24,000 nt of DNA from Candidatus Spongiisociaceae bacterium (GTDB taxonomy: Bacteria > Actinomycetota > Acidimicrobiia > Spongiisociales > Spongiisociaceae). The notes under the pieces are model-generated. The model saw nothing but the letters and a program-made list of their open reading frames with translations. It had not been told where the DNA came from and ran no database searches. The number at the start of each line of letters is the position of its first letter. The stretch's first letter is position 1. The DNA lies in contig CBDCOH010000002.1 in the NCBI GenBank assembly GCA_965219685.1, forward strand, positions 3,381,311 through 3,405,310. Direction: 5' to 3'. Positions 16,306 through 24,000 of the stretch are shown in pieces. The position numbers and the translations under genes are program-made.

Positions 16306-17159
16306 GCGGCAGGCTGGTGATCACGCCAGGAGAATCGGGGTCGGTAGCCGATGAGTTCCCTCGCCGCTCGAATGGACACGAGCGTCTCGTACCCGTCCAG
16401 GGGCCGCCGGAGCGGGACACCCCCGAAAGCCAGGGCGGCCAACTCCGATGATGGGATGTCCATGCATGTGTCGGCGGCGCCGATGTTCAATACGTGGGCG
16501 CCGCGCACGGGAGCTTCCAGGGCGGAGGCGCATGCGCCGGCGACATCGCGCACGTCGACGTAGACGAAGGCGTTGAACCGCCGGGACAGGGGATTCTCCT
16601 GCCAGACCGGCACCACTTCCCATCCGCCTTCGTGGATCATCCAAGCGAGCCGTAACCCGACCACGTCCAGACCTCGAACCTCCGAGAAGTACGTCCCGAT
16701 CTGCTCACCCACATGCTTCGAGAGCGCATAGGTCCCCCGGGGCCGGGCGGGAAGAGACTCGCTGATGGGCAGGCAATCGGGGAGGTTGTCAGGTCCCCAA
16801 GGGTTACCGGTCACGGCCTGCGTCGAAGCCCAGACGACCCGTTTGACGCCTGCAATGGCGGCCGCCTCGAAAACGTTGTACGTGGTCTGCACGTTCGTGT
16901 TGAAAGTGACGGTGGGTGTCCGCACTCCTTGGGCCCAGACCCCCGCCAGGTGCAGGACGGCGTCGGCGCCACGGAAGGCCTCAACCGTCTCTCCGAGGTC
17001 GCCGAGGTCCACGAAGAGGTGCGAGCCGATGTGCGAACCCGCGTCACCCCCACGAGGAGCTACCAGATCCACGGTGAGCACCTCGGCGCCGGTGGACCGT
17101 AGATGAGAGGCGATCACGGTTCCCGACCGGCCCGCTCCTCCCGTGATCACAACTCTCAA
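16302..17159 (-). CDS. NAD-dependent epimerase/dehydratase (extended SDR) family protein
   Basis: Rossmann motif VVITGGAGRSG. YxxxK-type region YALSKHVGE. TTG start at 17159 is preceded by AAGGAG with a 6-nt spacer. Confidence 0.85.
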   Translation of the reverse strand: MRVVITGGAGRSGTVIASHLRSTGAEVLTVDLVAPRGGDAGSHIGSHLFVDLGDLGETVEAFRGADAVLHLAGVWAQGVRTPTVTFNTNVQTTYNVFEAAAIAGVKRVVWASTQAVTGNPWGPDNLPDCLPISESLPARPRGTYALSKHVGEQIGTYFSEVRGLDVVGLRLAWMIHEGGWEVVPVWQENPLSRRFNAFVYVDVRDVAGACASALEAPVRGAHVLNIGAADTCMDIPSSELAALAFGGVPLRRPLDGYETLVSIRAARELIGYRPRFSWRDHQPAA

Positions 17160-17169
17160 CGCGTTCTCC

Positions 17170-17991
17170 TTATGTCTGGTCTTCGCCGGTGGACAGGTTT
17201 CTGAAGGCGCGGACCGTGTTGCGGACGGCGCGCTCGACCGGTATCCGCTCGATGCTCGAAGCCCCGACGAAACCCACCGCGGTCGTGAGCGGCAGCGCCT
17301 CCCGGACGTCGTCGGGCGTGGACAGCCTGCCCCCGTGGAGAAGGGCGATGACCTGCGGATTCACAGCTACAGCGGCGTCGATCAGTGACTGGGCGTACCC
17401 GCAGACCGCTTCGATAGATCGGTCGTCCGAATACCCGACCCTTCCGCCGGTGGTGGGCCCCGAGTGGGTGACGATCACATCCGCTCCCGCGGCCGCCATG
17501 GCGGCGGCGTCATCCGCACTGGCCACATACGCCATGGTGAAGAGGTCGCGAGACCGGGCCAGGCCGATCGCTTCGACCTCACGCCCGAAGCCGTAGCCGA
17601 CCATCTCTGCTCTCCGGCGCTGGTCGGGCATGTTCGTGAGGGTGGGAAAGTTGATGATCCCGTCGAACCCGGCCGCCTCGAACTGGTCGAGCAACCTGCC
17701 CAGGTCCCTGCGGGTAGGGTCGTTGGCTTCGATGCCTCCGATGACCGGCGTGGTCGACACCACGTTGAGGATCTCCGATGACATCTCGACTGTCTCCCGG
17801 TTCGAGTCCCCGAACCGCCAGGTCGGCAGGCCCTTGAGTCGCGACCGACCCGTGCTGTAGACCACGATCAGGTCGGCGTCGCCTTCCTCGGCGGCCCTGG
17901 CAATTATCCCGGCGCTGCATCCGGCCGCCAGCACCGCGTGGCCCGTGGAGATGCGCCCGCGCAGGCGTTCCAGGATGGCTTGTCGTTTCAA
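17170..17991 (-). CDS. Phosphoenolpyruvate hydrolase-like / TIM-barrel signal transduction (TIM-br_sig_trns) family protein
   Basis: ILERLR....G..VLAAGCSAGIIARAAEEGDADLIVVYSTGRSRLKG...GDSN, INFPT and VTHSGPTTGG are family-typical. TTG at 17991 lies 7 nt after GGAGGG. An alternative GTG at 18066 lies 10 nt after AAGGAG. Confidence 0.75.
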   Translation of the reverse strand: MKRQAILERLRGRISTGHAVLAAGCSAGIIARAAEEGDADLIVVYSTGRSRLKGLPTWRFGDSNRETVEMSSEILNVVSTTPVIGGIEANDPTRRDLGRLLDQFEAAGFDGIINFPTLTNMPDQRRRAEMVGYGFGREVEAIGLARSRDLFTMAYVASADDAAAMAAAGADVIVTHSGPTTGGRVGYSDDRSIEAVCGYAQSLIDAAVAVNPQVIALLHGGRLSTPDDVREALPLTTAVGFVGASSIERIPVERAVRNTVRAFRNLSTGEDQT

Positions 17992-18065
17992 GTCGGTTCC
18001 CTCCGCGTGAGGTTGCGTCCCGTGAGCCTTCCAGCCGCTGTGCGGGATTCCAAACCGCCCCGGCA

Positions 18066-18091
18066 CCGGTCGCCCTCTCCTTGGCGACCGG
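18066..18091 (-). promoter_or_regulatory. Intercistronic GC-rich stem-loop downstream of the solute-binding-protein gene
   Basis: Perfect 9-bp stem CCGGTCGCC / GGCGACCGG with an 8-nt loop. On the transcript the loop reads AAGGAGAG. It is flanked by direct GGCACCGG repeats (18062-18069 and 18090-18097). There is no U-tract. Confidence 0.35.
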
Positions 18092-18132
18092 CACCGGGCA
18101 TGCTCGGGATCAGGTCGTCGGTTACTCGGCGC

Positions 18133-19671
18133 TCACGAATCGAGCAGGTTCGCGTAGTACTCGCCGAGGAGCGTGGCGCCGTCCTCCACGAGCTTCCGCT
18201 GAGCCTCCTCGCGGGTCATGTTCCCGGTTAGCAGTTCCGCCTGAACGTCCTGCTGGAGCACCCTGAACGAGAAGGGCGGCGGGCCCAGGTTGCCTTCGTC
18301 GGTCATCGGCATCTCCGAGAGGGCGTACGGGAGGATCTCCCACGCCGCCGCCATCGGGGGCGAGGTTCCGAGAAACGCCGCATACTCGGCGGAGTCCCCG
18401 ACGCTCAACCGGCTCGGCAGGTTGCCCGACGTGGCGGCCCAGTAGGCCTGGCTCTCCGGGCTGGACAGGAACTTGACGAACTCCCAGGTCGCCCTGTTCT
18501 CGGCCTCGGTCGTGTTGAAGGCGACCGCATTCGGACCGAAGAGCACCGTGAGCGGATCCGAACCCGGGAGCTCCTGTGGAAGCGCCCCGACGCTCCAGTT
18601 GAACGCGCCGGCTACGCCCTCCTCGACGAACGGTATCCATCTACTCGACGTAACGATGTACGCCACCTGCTGGGAAGCGAAGTCGCTCAGGTTGGCCGTG
18701 GCCTCGTCGGCCCTGCCCACGGTGGGGAAGCCGTAACCCTCCTCGATGAGCGTCGCGAACAGGTCGAGCGTCTTGGTCCACGGTTCCTCACCGTAGCGGG
18801 TCGCCCGGGTGTCCATGTCGATGGTGGGGAAGCCCCCGAAGGTGAATCCGGTGGCATTCCACATCGAGGCATCGACCTGGATGGAGTAACAACTCTTGTT
18901 GAGTTCGGTCAGGATCACCTCGCACTGGGAGAGGAACTCGTCCCAGGTCTCGGCCGGCCCGTCGAATCCCAGGCCGGTCAGCATGTCCTGGTTGTAGAAC
19001 AGGACCGCGATCGCCACTGTCCAGGGGAAGCTGAGCATCCGGCCGCCCTCGGTCAGGTAGGTGTTCCGGGCGATCTCCACCGGCAGGAAGTCGGCCACGT
19101 CCACCCCGATCTGCGGATCGTTGACATAATCCGTCAGGTCGAGCAGCACCCCGCCCCTATGCCAGTTGACGGTGCCGTCCTCGAACGCAACCGTCAGGTT
19201 CGGGAGGTCGTTGGCTTCAATGGCGCCGGCGATCTTCTGGGATGTCGGGTAGTAACCGCCGGTGAACTGGGCCTCCACGTCGATCTGCGGATACTTGGCC
19301 TCGAACCTGGCCACCAGTTCGGTCATCGCCTCCTCCAGCGGCCCGCTGTAGACGTGCCAGAACTGGATGGTGGCGGGTTCCAACTGCGCGAGCGTGGTGG
19401 TTGTCTCCTCCATCGCCGCCTCGGTCGTGACAGGCGCCGCCTCGGTCGTGGGCGTCTCCTCCATCGCCGCCTCGGTGGTAGCAGGCGCCGCCTCGGTCGT
19501 GGGCGTCTCCTCCATCGCCGCCTCGGTCGTGGCAGGCGCCGCGGTGGTCGCCGCCGGCGCGGCTGTAGTCGCGGCCGGCTCGTCGTCGCCGCAAGCCGCG
19601 GCAACCAGTGCCCAGACTACGAACAGCACCCCGAGCATCATGGTCTTCGGTCGGGAATGACTTGCCTTCAT
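18133..19671 (-). CDS. ABC transporter extracellular solute-binding lipoprotein (carbohydrate, family 1)
   Basis: Signal peptide with lipobox LVAAAC, a T/E/A/P-rich linker, then a family-1 SBP-like body. GGGAG lies 5 nt before the ATG. Confidence 0.85.
   Translation of the reverse strand: MKASHSRPKTMMLGVLFVVWALVAAACGDDEPAATTAAPAATTAAPATTEAAMEETPTTEAAPATTEAAMEETPTTEAAPVTTEAAMEETTTTLAQLEPATIQFWHVYSGPLEEAMTELVARFEAKYPQIDVEAQFTGGYYPTSQKIAGAIEANDLPNLTVAFEDGTVNWHRGGVLLDLTDYVNDPQIGVDVADFLPVEIARNTYLTEGGRMLSFPWTVAIAVLFYNQDMLTGLGFDGPAETWDEFLSQCEVILTELNKSCYSIQVDASMWNATGFTFGGFPTIDMDTRATRYGEEPWTKTLDLFATLIEEGYGFPTVGRADEATANLSDFASQQVAYIVTSSRWIPFVEEGVAGAFNWSVGALPQELPGSDPLTVLFGPNAVAFNTTEAENRATWEFVKFLSSPESQAYWAATSGNLPSRLSVGDSAEYAAFLGTSPPMAAAWEILPYALSEMPMTDEGNLGPPPFSFRVLQQDVQAELLTGNMTREEAQRKLVEDGATLLGEYYANLLDS
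19405..19542. repeat. 51-nt tandem repeat, about 2.7 copies, inside the SBP linker
   Basis: Units at 19405-19455, 19456-19506 and 19507-~19542 each start CTCCTCCATCGCCGCCTCGG, with only a few mismatches. They encode (A/V)TTEAAMEETPTTEAAP repeats. Confidence 0.85.
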
Positions 19672-19732
19672 ACCTACTCCCTCGCTTGTCTACCGTTTCG
19701 TCCGCCGATCCGCAGACCGCGGCTGCCGTCGG

Positions 19733-20560
19733 TTACTTGAGACCTCCCTGGGTGACTCCTTCTATAACGAACCTCTGGCCAACAAAAAACAGAATACCCA
19801 CGGGCAGTATCCCGATGACGGCCGCAGCCATCAACATGTTGATGAACACGGCGCCCTCCGTCTGGAAGGAGACCAGACCCAGTTGCACGACACGCAACTC
19901 CGCGTCGGCGGTCACGAACAGCGGCCAGAGGAGGGCGTTCCAGGACCAGATGAACGTGATGAGAAAGACGGTCACGGCTGCTGCCCGGACCAGGGGCAGC
20001 CCGATCGACCAGAACGCCCTGGCCTCCGAGCTGCCGTCCACGTACGCCGAGTCGAACAGGTCGTCGGGGATTCCCAGGAACTCCTGGCGGAACATGAACA
20101 CCGCGAACGCCCCGGCCATCCACGGCACGATCAGGGCGGTGTAGGTGTTGTACCAGCCGAGATCGTTGATGAGCACGTAGTTGGCGATGAAGGTGGCCTC
20201 GAAGGGGATCATGAAACTGGCAAGGACGAGCATCAGGATCACCTTCCGTCCCCGGAACCGGATCCGCACGAGGGCATAGCCCGCCAGCGCGCCGAACAGC
20301 ACGTTCCCACTCGCCGAGAGGACCGCCACGAAGAGGGAGTTGAGTATCCAGCGGGCCATCATGGTCTCGAGGAAGATGTCGATGTAGGTGGTGATGGACG
20401 CCGATTCGGGAATCAACGTGGGAGGAACCAGCAGAGCCTCGTCCAAGGGCTTCAGCGAAGTGGTCACCATCCAGTAGAGAGGCGCCAGGGCGAAGGCACA
20501 GAGCACGACCAGCACGACATGGGCGAGCGTGCGGGTCTGGGACGAGTGGCCGGCTGCCAT
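19733..20560 (-). CDS. Carbohydrate ABC transporter permease (MalG-like)
   Basis: Six-TM permease with an EAA-like loop (DSAYVDGSSEARAFWSIGLPLVR). The ATG at 20560 overlaps the upstream TGA (TGATG). Confidence 0.85.
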   Translation of the reverse strand: MAAGHSSQTRTLAHVVLVVLCAFALAPLYWMVTTSLKPLDEALLVPPTLIPESASITTYIDIFLETMMARWILNSLFVAVLSASGNVLFGALAGYALVRIRFRGRKVILMLVLASFMIPFEATFIANYVLINDLGWYNTYTALIVPWMAGAFAVFMFRQEFLGIPDDLFDSAYVDGSSEARAFWSIGLPLVRAAAVTVFLITFIWSWNALLWPLFVTADAELRVVQLGLVSFQTEGAVFINMLMAAAVIGILPVGILFFVGQRFVIEGVTQGGLK

Positions 20561-21561
20561 CAGACGGTCCCCGCGGTGTAGTGGACCCATCGACGGCTCA
20601 ACCGGAACTGGAGCCAGGTGACCAGCAGGATGATTATGAAGAGTGCCGTGGCCGTGGTGGCGCCGACTGCGAACAGGTTGTCACCCCAGAACTGGCGGTA
20701 CATGAGCATCGACAGGGTCTCGGTGGTTCTCGCCGGCCCGCCCTGGGTCAGGACGAAGATCGTGTTGAACTCGCGGAGCGCGAAGACCAGGGAGACGACC
20801 ACCACGAACAGGATCGTCGGGGAGAGCACCGGAACCACGACCCGCCGGAGAATCTTCGGCTCGCTGGCGCCGTCCACACGGGCCGCGTCGAGCAGGTCCG
20901 GATCGATACGGGTCATACCGGCATACAGGATGAGGACGGTGAACCCCAGCATCTGCCAGAACCTGACCAGCACGAGGATGGCCATTGCGACGCTCGGGCC
21001 TTCCGCCCAACCGGGCACGGTGGCGCCGAACCAACCTGCGACCATCTCGACAACACCGGTCGAGTCGAGAATCCACGACTGGCGCCTCACGCCGAACGGC
21101 TGGAGCGAAGCATTCACAACGCCGGTCGGGCTCGGGGCGAATACGAGTCCCCACACGAGGCTCGTGGCAACAGTGGGAACGATGAAGGGGACGAACAGCA
21201 GGAGCCGGTAGAGGTAGCTCTTGCGGATCACGTAGTGCAGCAAGTAGGCGACCGGAATGGACACGATGACCGTTACGGGCACCACGAAGGCGAAGAAGAA
21301 GGTCACCTTCACCGAGTTCCAGAAGTCCCCGCCCTGGAGCAGGTCTATGTAGTTCGCCAAGCCCACCCACTCGGCCCCGGCCAGGGTCCAGTCGGTGAGC
21401 GAGAGATAGATGTTGCGACCGGTCCCGTACAGGTGGAATACCCCGATCACCAGCAAGGCCGGCAGCACGAAGAGGATGGCCGTGCCCAGCGAACTGGTGC
21501 GGGAGGAACGCCGCCTACGCCATCGACCGGCGTAAGTCCGAAGCGACCTTGCCGAGACCAT
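20560..21561 (-). CDS. Carbohydrate ABC transporter permease (MalF-like)
   Basis: Polytopic permease with EAA loop DAARVDGASEPKILRRVVVPVL. ATG at 21561 lies 8 nt after GGAGG. Confidence 0.85.
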   Translation of the reverse strand: MVSARSLRTYAGRWRRRRSSRTSSLGTAILFVLPALLVIGVFHLYGTGRNIYLSLTDWTLAGAEWVGLANYIDLLQGGDFWNSVKVTFFFAFVVPVTVIVSIPVAYLLHYVIRKSYLYRLLLFVPFIVPTVATSLVWGLVFAPSPTGVVNASLQPFGVRRQSWILDSTGVVEMVAGWFGATVPGWAEGPSVAMAILVLVRFWQMLGFTVLILYAGMTRIDPDLLDAARVDGASEPKILRRVVVPVLSPTILFVVVVSLVFALREFNTIFVLTQGGPARTTETLSMLMYRQFWGDNLFAVGATTATALFIIILLVTWLQFRLSRRWVHYTAGTV

Positions 21562-21630
21562 ACGCTCACCCTCCTAGGCTGCTCTGATTATGGCCCAATC
21601 GGAACCGGCCCGTAGGAGCCTCCGGAACCG

Positions 21631-22044
21631 CCGAAGGTCCACCTGCTTCTCCACTTGGTGGGTTTCCATGCGGCCGGGGACCCTCACCGAACTGGCCGGG
21701 GAGAGCGGGACGGCGATGGCTCTCCCGGAGACCTTCGGCGACTTCAAGCACTTCCTCCGACCTGGCGAACCGGGCGATTCGCGAAGCCGGACACCTCAGC
21801 CGGCTGGTCTTAGAGGTGGTCGAGGATGCCGCGGCCGCAGACAGCGGACTACTCCGGCGCCTCGCTCCTGTTCGGGAACTCGCTGCTCAGCGAGTACCAG
21901 TTGGCCCGCGACGTGTTCGGGTTCTCCGACCGCCGTATCGCCGCCGTCGCCGAAGCCTCGATCGTCCACAGCACAGCATCCCGAGCCCTCAAGTCGGGCG
22001 CTTCGGCAGGGATCCGCCAGTGGTTGGGCCACGATGAGCAGTAA
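21631..22044 (+). pseudogene. Relic of an adenosine deaminase-family gene (frameshifts plus a large internal deletion)
   Basis: Four consecutive frames carry PKVHLLLHLVG / SMRPGTLTELAGESG..LPETFGDFKHFL / DLANRAIREAGHLSRLVLEVVEDAAAADSG / ASLLFGNSLLSEYQLARDVFGFSDRRIAAVAEASI.... These match the N-terminal and C-terminal signature regions of adenosine deaminases. There is no start codon, and the ~190-codon catalytic core is missing. Confidence 0.5.
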
Positions 22045-22107
22045 CTACCGTCCCCATGGCGTGTCCCGGCTTGTACTCTCGCATCGCGACATCCTGGGAG
22101 CAATCGA

Positions 22108-23103
22108 ATGACAGAGTTGCTGAGGAAGCGACCTCTTGGGCGGACCGGTATTCGTGTCTCGCCGATCGGGATCGGCACGGGATCGTTAGGGGCCGACCCG
22201 GCGGTCGCCGACCCCGCCGGTGTCGACGAATTCGCCGTCGCGACCCTTCGAACCGCTCTCCGGTCCGGCCTGAACTACATCGACACGGCGCCCGGGTATC
22301 GGGGCGGCGCCAGCGACCGACGGGTCGGCATGGCCCTGCGCGACGGATGGCGCGACCGCGTCGTGCTGGCCACCAAGGTGGGCAGCCATCCGGACCGTCC
22401 GGGCGACATGACCGGCGAGGCCGCGGAATGGGTCATCGAGCAGAGCATGGAGATCATCGGGACCGGCTTCATCGATGTCGCCCTGGTCCACGACCCCTCC
22501 GCCATGGCCCCGGTCTTGGAGCCGGGCGGCGCTGTCGCGGCCCTCGAGCGGTTGAAGGAGGAGGGCAAAGTCCGCGCCATCGGCCTGGGCGTCCAGAACC
22601 ACGAGTTTCTCAGGACTGCGATCGAGTCGGGAAGGTTCGATGTGATCCAGAGCCCCTACGACTACAACCTGATGCGTACCACTGCCGAGCACCTGCTCGA
22701 CCTGGCGGCCGAACGAGGGCTGGGGGTCCTCAACGCGTCCCCGTTCCTGGCCGGACTCCTCTCCGGCGTCGATCCCGACGAGATAGTCGCCATCCGGGCC
22801 GCAACCGGCATGTGGAAGCTGAGAGCCCGTGACGTAGGACGGGCACGCCGGATCTGGGAGTGGGCGAGAGACCGGGATGCGGATCTACGGGCGCTGGCTA
22901 TGCAGTTCTGCTTGCGGGAACAACGTATCGCCACGACCCTCATCGGGCCCCGGCGCCCCTCGGACGTGGTGGAGGATCTTGTCGCCGCCTCCAAGCCGGT
23001 ACCCCGCGAGGACTGGGAGGCGCTGGCCGAGGTCCTTCCGACCTTCCCGCCGCCGGCTCCCGGAGGAGAGGCCGCAGTAGGGCCCTACCCGCCGAGTGAC
23101 TGA
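22108..23103 (+). CDS. Aldo/keto reductase family oxidoreductase
   Basis: RPLGRTGIRVSPIGIGT, IDTAPGY.GG.SDRRVG and VLATKVG are typical AKR motifs. GGGAG lies 7 nt before the ATG. Confidence 0.9.
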   Translation: MTELLRKRPLGRTGIRVSPIGIGTGSLGADPAVADPAGVDEFAVATLRTALRSGLNYIDTAPGYRGGASDRRVGMALRDGWRDRVVLATKVGSHPDRPGDMTGEAAEWVIEQSMEIIGTGFIDVALVHDPSAMAPVLEPGGAVAALERLKEEGKVRAIGLGVQNHEFLRTAIESGRFDVIQSPYDYNLMRTTAEHLLDLAAERGLGVLNASPFLAGLLSGVDPDEIVAIRAATGMWKLRARDVGRARRIWEWARDRDADLRALAMQFCLREQRIATTLIGPRRPSDVVEDLVAASKPVPREDWEALAEVLPTFPPPAPGGEAAVGPYPPSD

Positions 23104-23130
23104 ACTGCCTCTGGCTGGCGACTGGCTGTC

Positions 23131-23214
23131 CCGTTATCCGTTGCCCGTTGTTCGTTGGCCGTTGGCCGTTGGCCGTGGACGAGGGGCCGTGGACGGCAAA
23201 CGGCGGACGGGGAA
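23131..23214. repeat. Degenerate heptanucleotide tandem repeat (about 12 units) in a convergent intergenic region
   Basis: Read in 7-nt steps: CCGTTAT CCGTTGC CCGTTGT TCGTTGG CCGTTGG CCGTTGG CCGTGGA CGAGGGG CCGTGGA CGGCAAA CGGCGGA CGGGGAA. The core is a perfect (CGTTGGC)x3 at 23153-23173. Confidence 0.7.
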
Positions 23215-23227
23215 ACTGGTGGTTGCG

Positions 23228-24000
23228 TCAGGCTTGGTAGGCATCCGGGACAGGCGGTAGGGGCCTCGTGAGCCAGCGGGGGCGGCGGAGGCCCCCGGGT
23301 CCGGGTCCGGGACGGGTCCGGGCCATCCACTCCCGGTAGATGTCGTGGGACTTGGCCGTGTCCACGAAGACATCGCCGTATCGGTCTCCGGCTTCGGCAG
23401 GGCCCAGGCGGACGCGCTGATGCCAGGCATGCATGCCCGACACGGGATCGGGATGAACCGGGAAGGCCAGGTTCTGGTGTACACCGGGATCGCGCCACCA
23501 GATCCGCTCGCTGTCGGGATCCTCAGACTGGAACGGTTCGATGCCGGTCTTGTGCCTCAGCAGCCAGCCACCCGCGGGGCGCTGGATGTCCACCAGGGCC
23601 GACGACCACCGCTCGTTGCCCATGCCGGCGTCGAGGCGCCACCTCCCCATGTGGTGGGATGCAGCCACCACACCCGGCCTGATCCCCTCGGTCCGCCAGG
23701 CTCGCATCACGAAGTAGCCGATGTCGGTGGATATTCGCACCAGGTCGCCGGTGGCGAATCCGAGCTGGTCGGCGTCGATGGAGTTCATCCAAAGCGGGTG
23801 GCCGTGGCTGATCTCGTACAGGTATTTGGCGTTGCCCGACCGGGTATGGATGAGGGTGGGCAGCCGGAAGATCGGCAGCAGGATGCGCTCGTCTCCCTCG
23901 AGGTCCAGATCGCGCCAGTACACGTGGGACTTGAGGTACGTGGGTATGGCAGCATCCGCCCAGTTCCAGGATTCGAGCGTCTCGGAGTGCCACTCGAGCA
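23228..24000 (-). CDS. Molybdopterin-dependent oxidoreductase, C-terminal part (molybdopterin dinucleotide-binding domain); 5' end lies beyond the window
   Basis: The frame stays open upstream of the track start to the window edge (..LEWHSETLESWNWADAAIPTYLKSHVYWRDL..). ..LWMNSIDADQLGFATGDLVRISTDIGYFVMRAWRTEGIRPGVVAASHH.. is the typical C-terminal beta-barrel domain pattern. Confidence 0.8.
   Translation of the reverse strand, partial: LEWHSETLESWNWADAAIPTYLKSHVYWRDLDLEGDERILLPIFRLPTLIHTRSGNAKYLYEISHGHPLWMNSIDADQLGFATGDLVRISTDIGYFVMRAWRTEGIRPGVVAASHHMGRWRLDAGMGNERWSSALVDIQRPAGGWLLRHKTGIEPFQSEDPDSERIWWRDPGVHQNLAFPVHPDPVSGMHAWHQRVRLGPAEAGDRYGDVFVDTAKSHDIYREWMARTRPGPGPGGLRRPRWLTRPLPPVPDAYQA

Noticed and set aside
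19393-19575. Regularly spaced repeats that could be mistaken for a CRISPR array
   Set aside because: The repeats are directly tandem with no unique spacers, and they lie in frame inside the SBP coding sequence, encoding a repeated peptide.
20581-21615. 344-aa plus-strand ORF, and other long ORFs opposite the permease genes (20618..21211, 20681..21370)
   Set aside because: They are antisense or out of frame relative to clear ABC permeases. Their highly charged, His/Asp/Gly/Arg-rich composition is a GC-bias artefact.

Overview
High-GC (about 65-70% in sampled lines) actinobacterial-type chromosomal segment. It is densely packed, and many genes are translationally coupled through ATGA, GTGA or TGATG overlaps. 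It is mostly metabolic and transport genes. Left part (1-2681): the 3' end of an upstream gene, an ECF/ABC ATPase, a nucleoside phosphorylase and an amidohydrolase-2 enzyme, all start/stop coupled. A Phd/YefM-VapC toxin-antitoxin pair follows (2784-3385). Next is a cluster of cytoplasmic catabolic-type enzymes (3517-10811): a DHDPS/NAL-family lyase, a two-cysteine Asp/Glu-racemase/maleate-isomerase-like enzyme, a frameshifted M24 peptidase-fold gene, a CE4/PuuE-like deacetylase, and a second M24 paralog that lacks the canonical metal ligands. A gene-poor decayed stretch and a markedly low-GC gene interrupt this cluster at 7750-9320. The low-GC gene encodes a membrane domain fused to a DCC (DUF393) thiol-disulfide oxidoreductase domain. 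After a VanZ-like gene comes the most accessory-looking part of the window. It is a lower-GC islet abutting the 3' end of tRNA-Ile(GAT). The islet carries an HTH-ImmA/IrrE metalloprotease gene coupled to a DUF4411 (PIN-like) gene, and the DUF4411 gene is cut by an in-frame TAG. The right half is a long minus-strand operon (21561 to 13821): two sugar ABC permeases, a lipoprotein solute-binding protein with a 51-nt tandem repeat, a PEP-hydrolase-like TIM-barrel protein, an NAD epimerase, a signal-peptide-less Cys-type arylsulfatase and an LLM/F420-type oxidoreductase. Further right are a decayed adenosine-deaminase relic (21631-22044), an aldo/keto reductase, a 7-nt periodic intergenic repeat, and the 3' end of a molybdopterin oxidoreductase running off the window. 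I saw no rRNA, CRISPR array, transposase or integrase. All family calls come from motif recognition by eye, since no searches were run.
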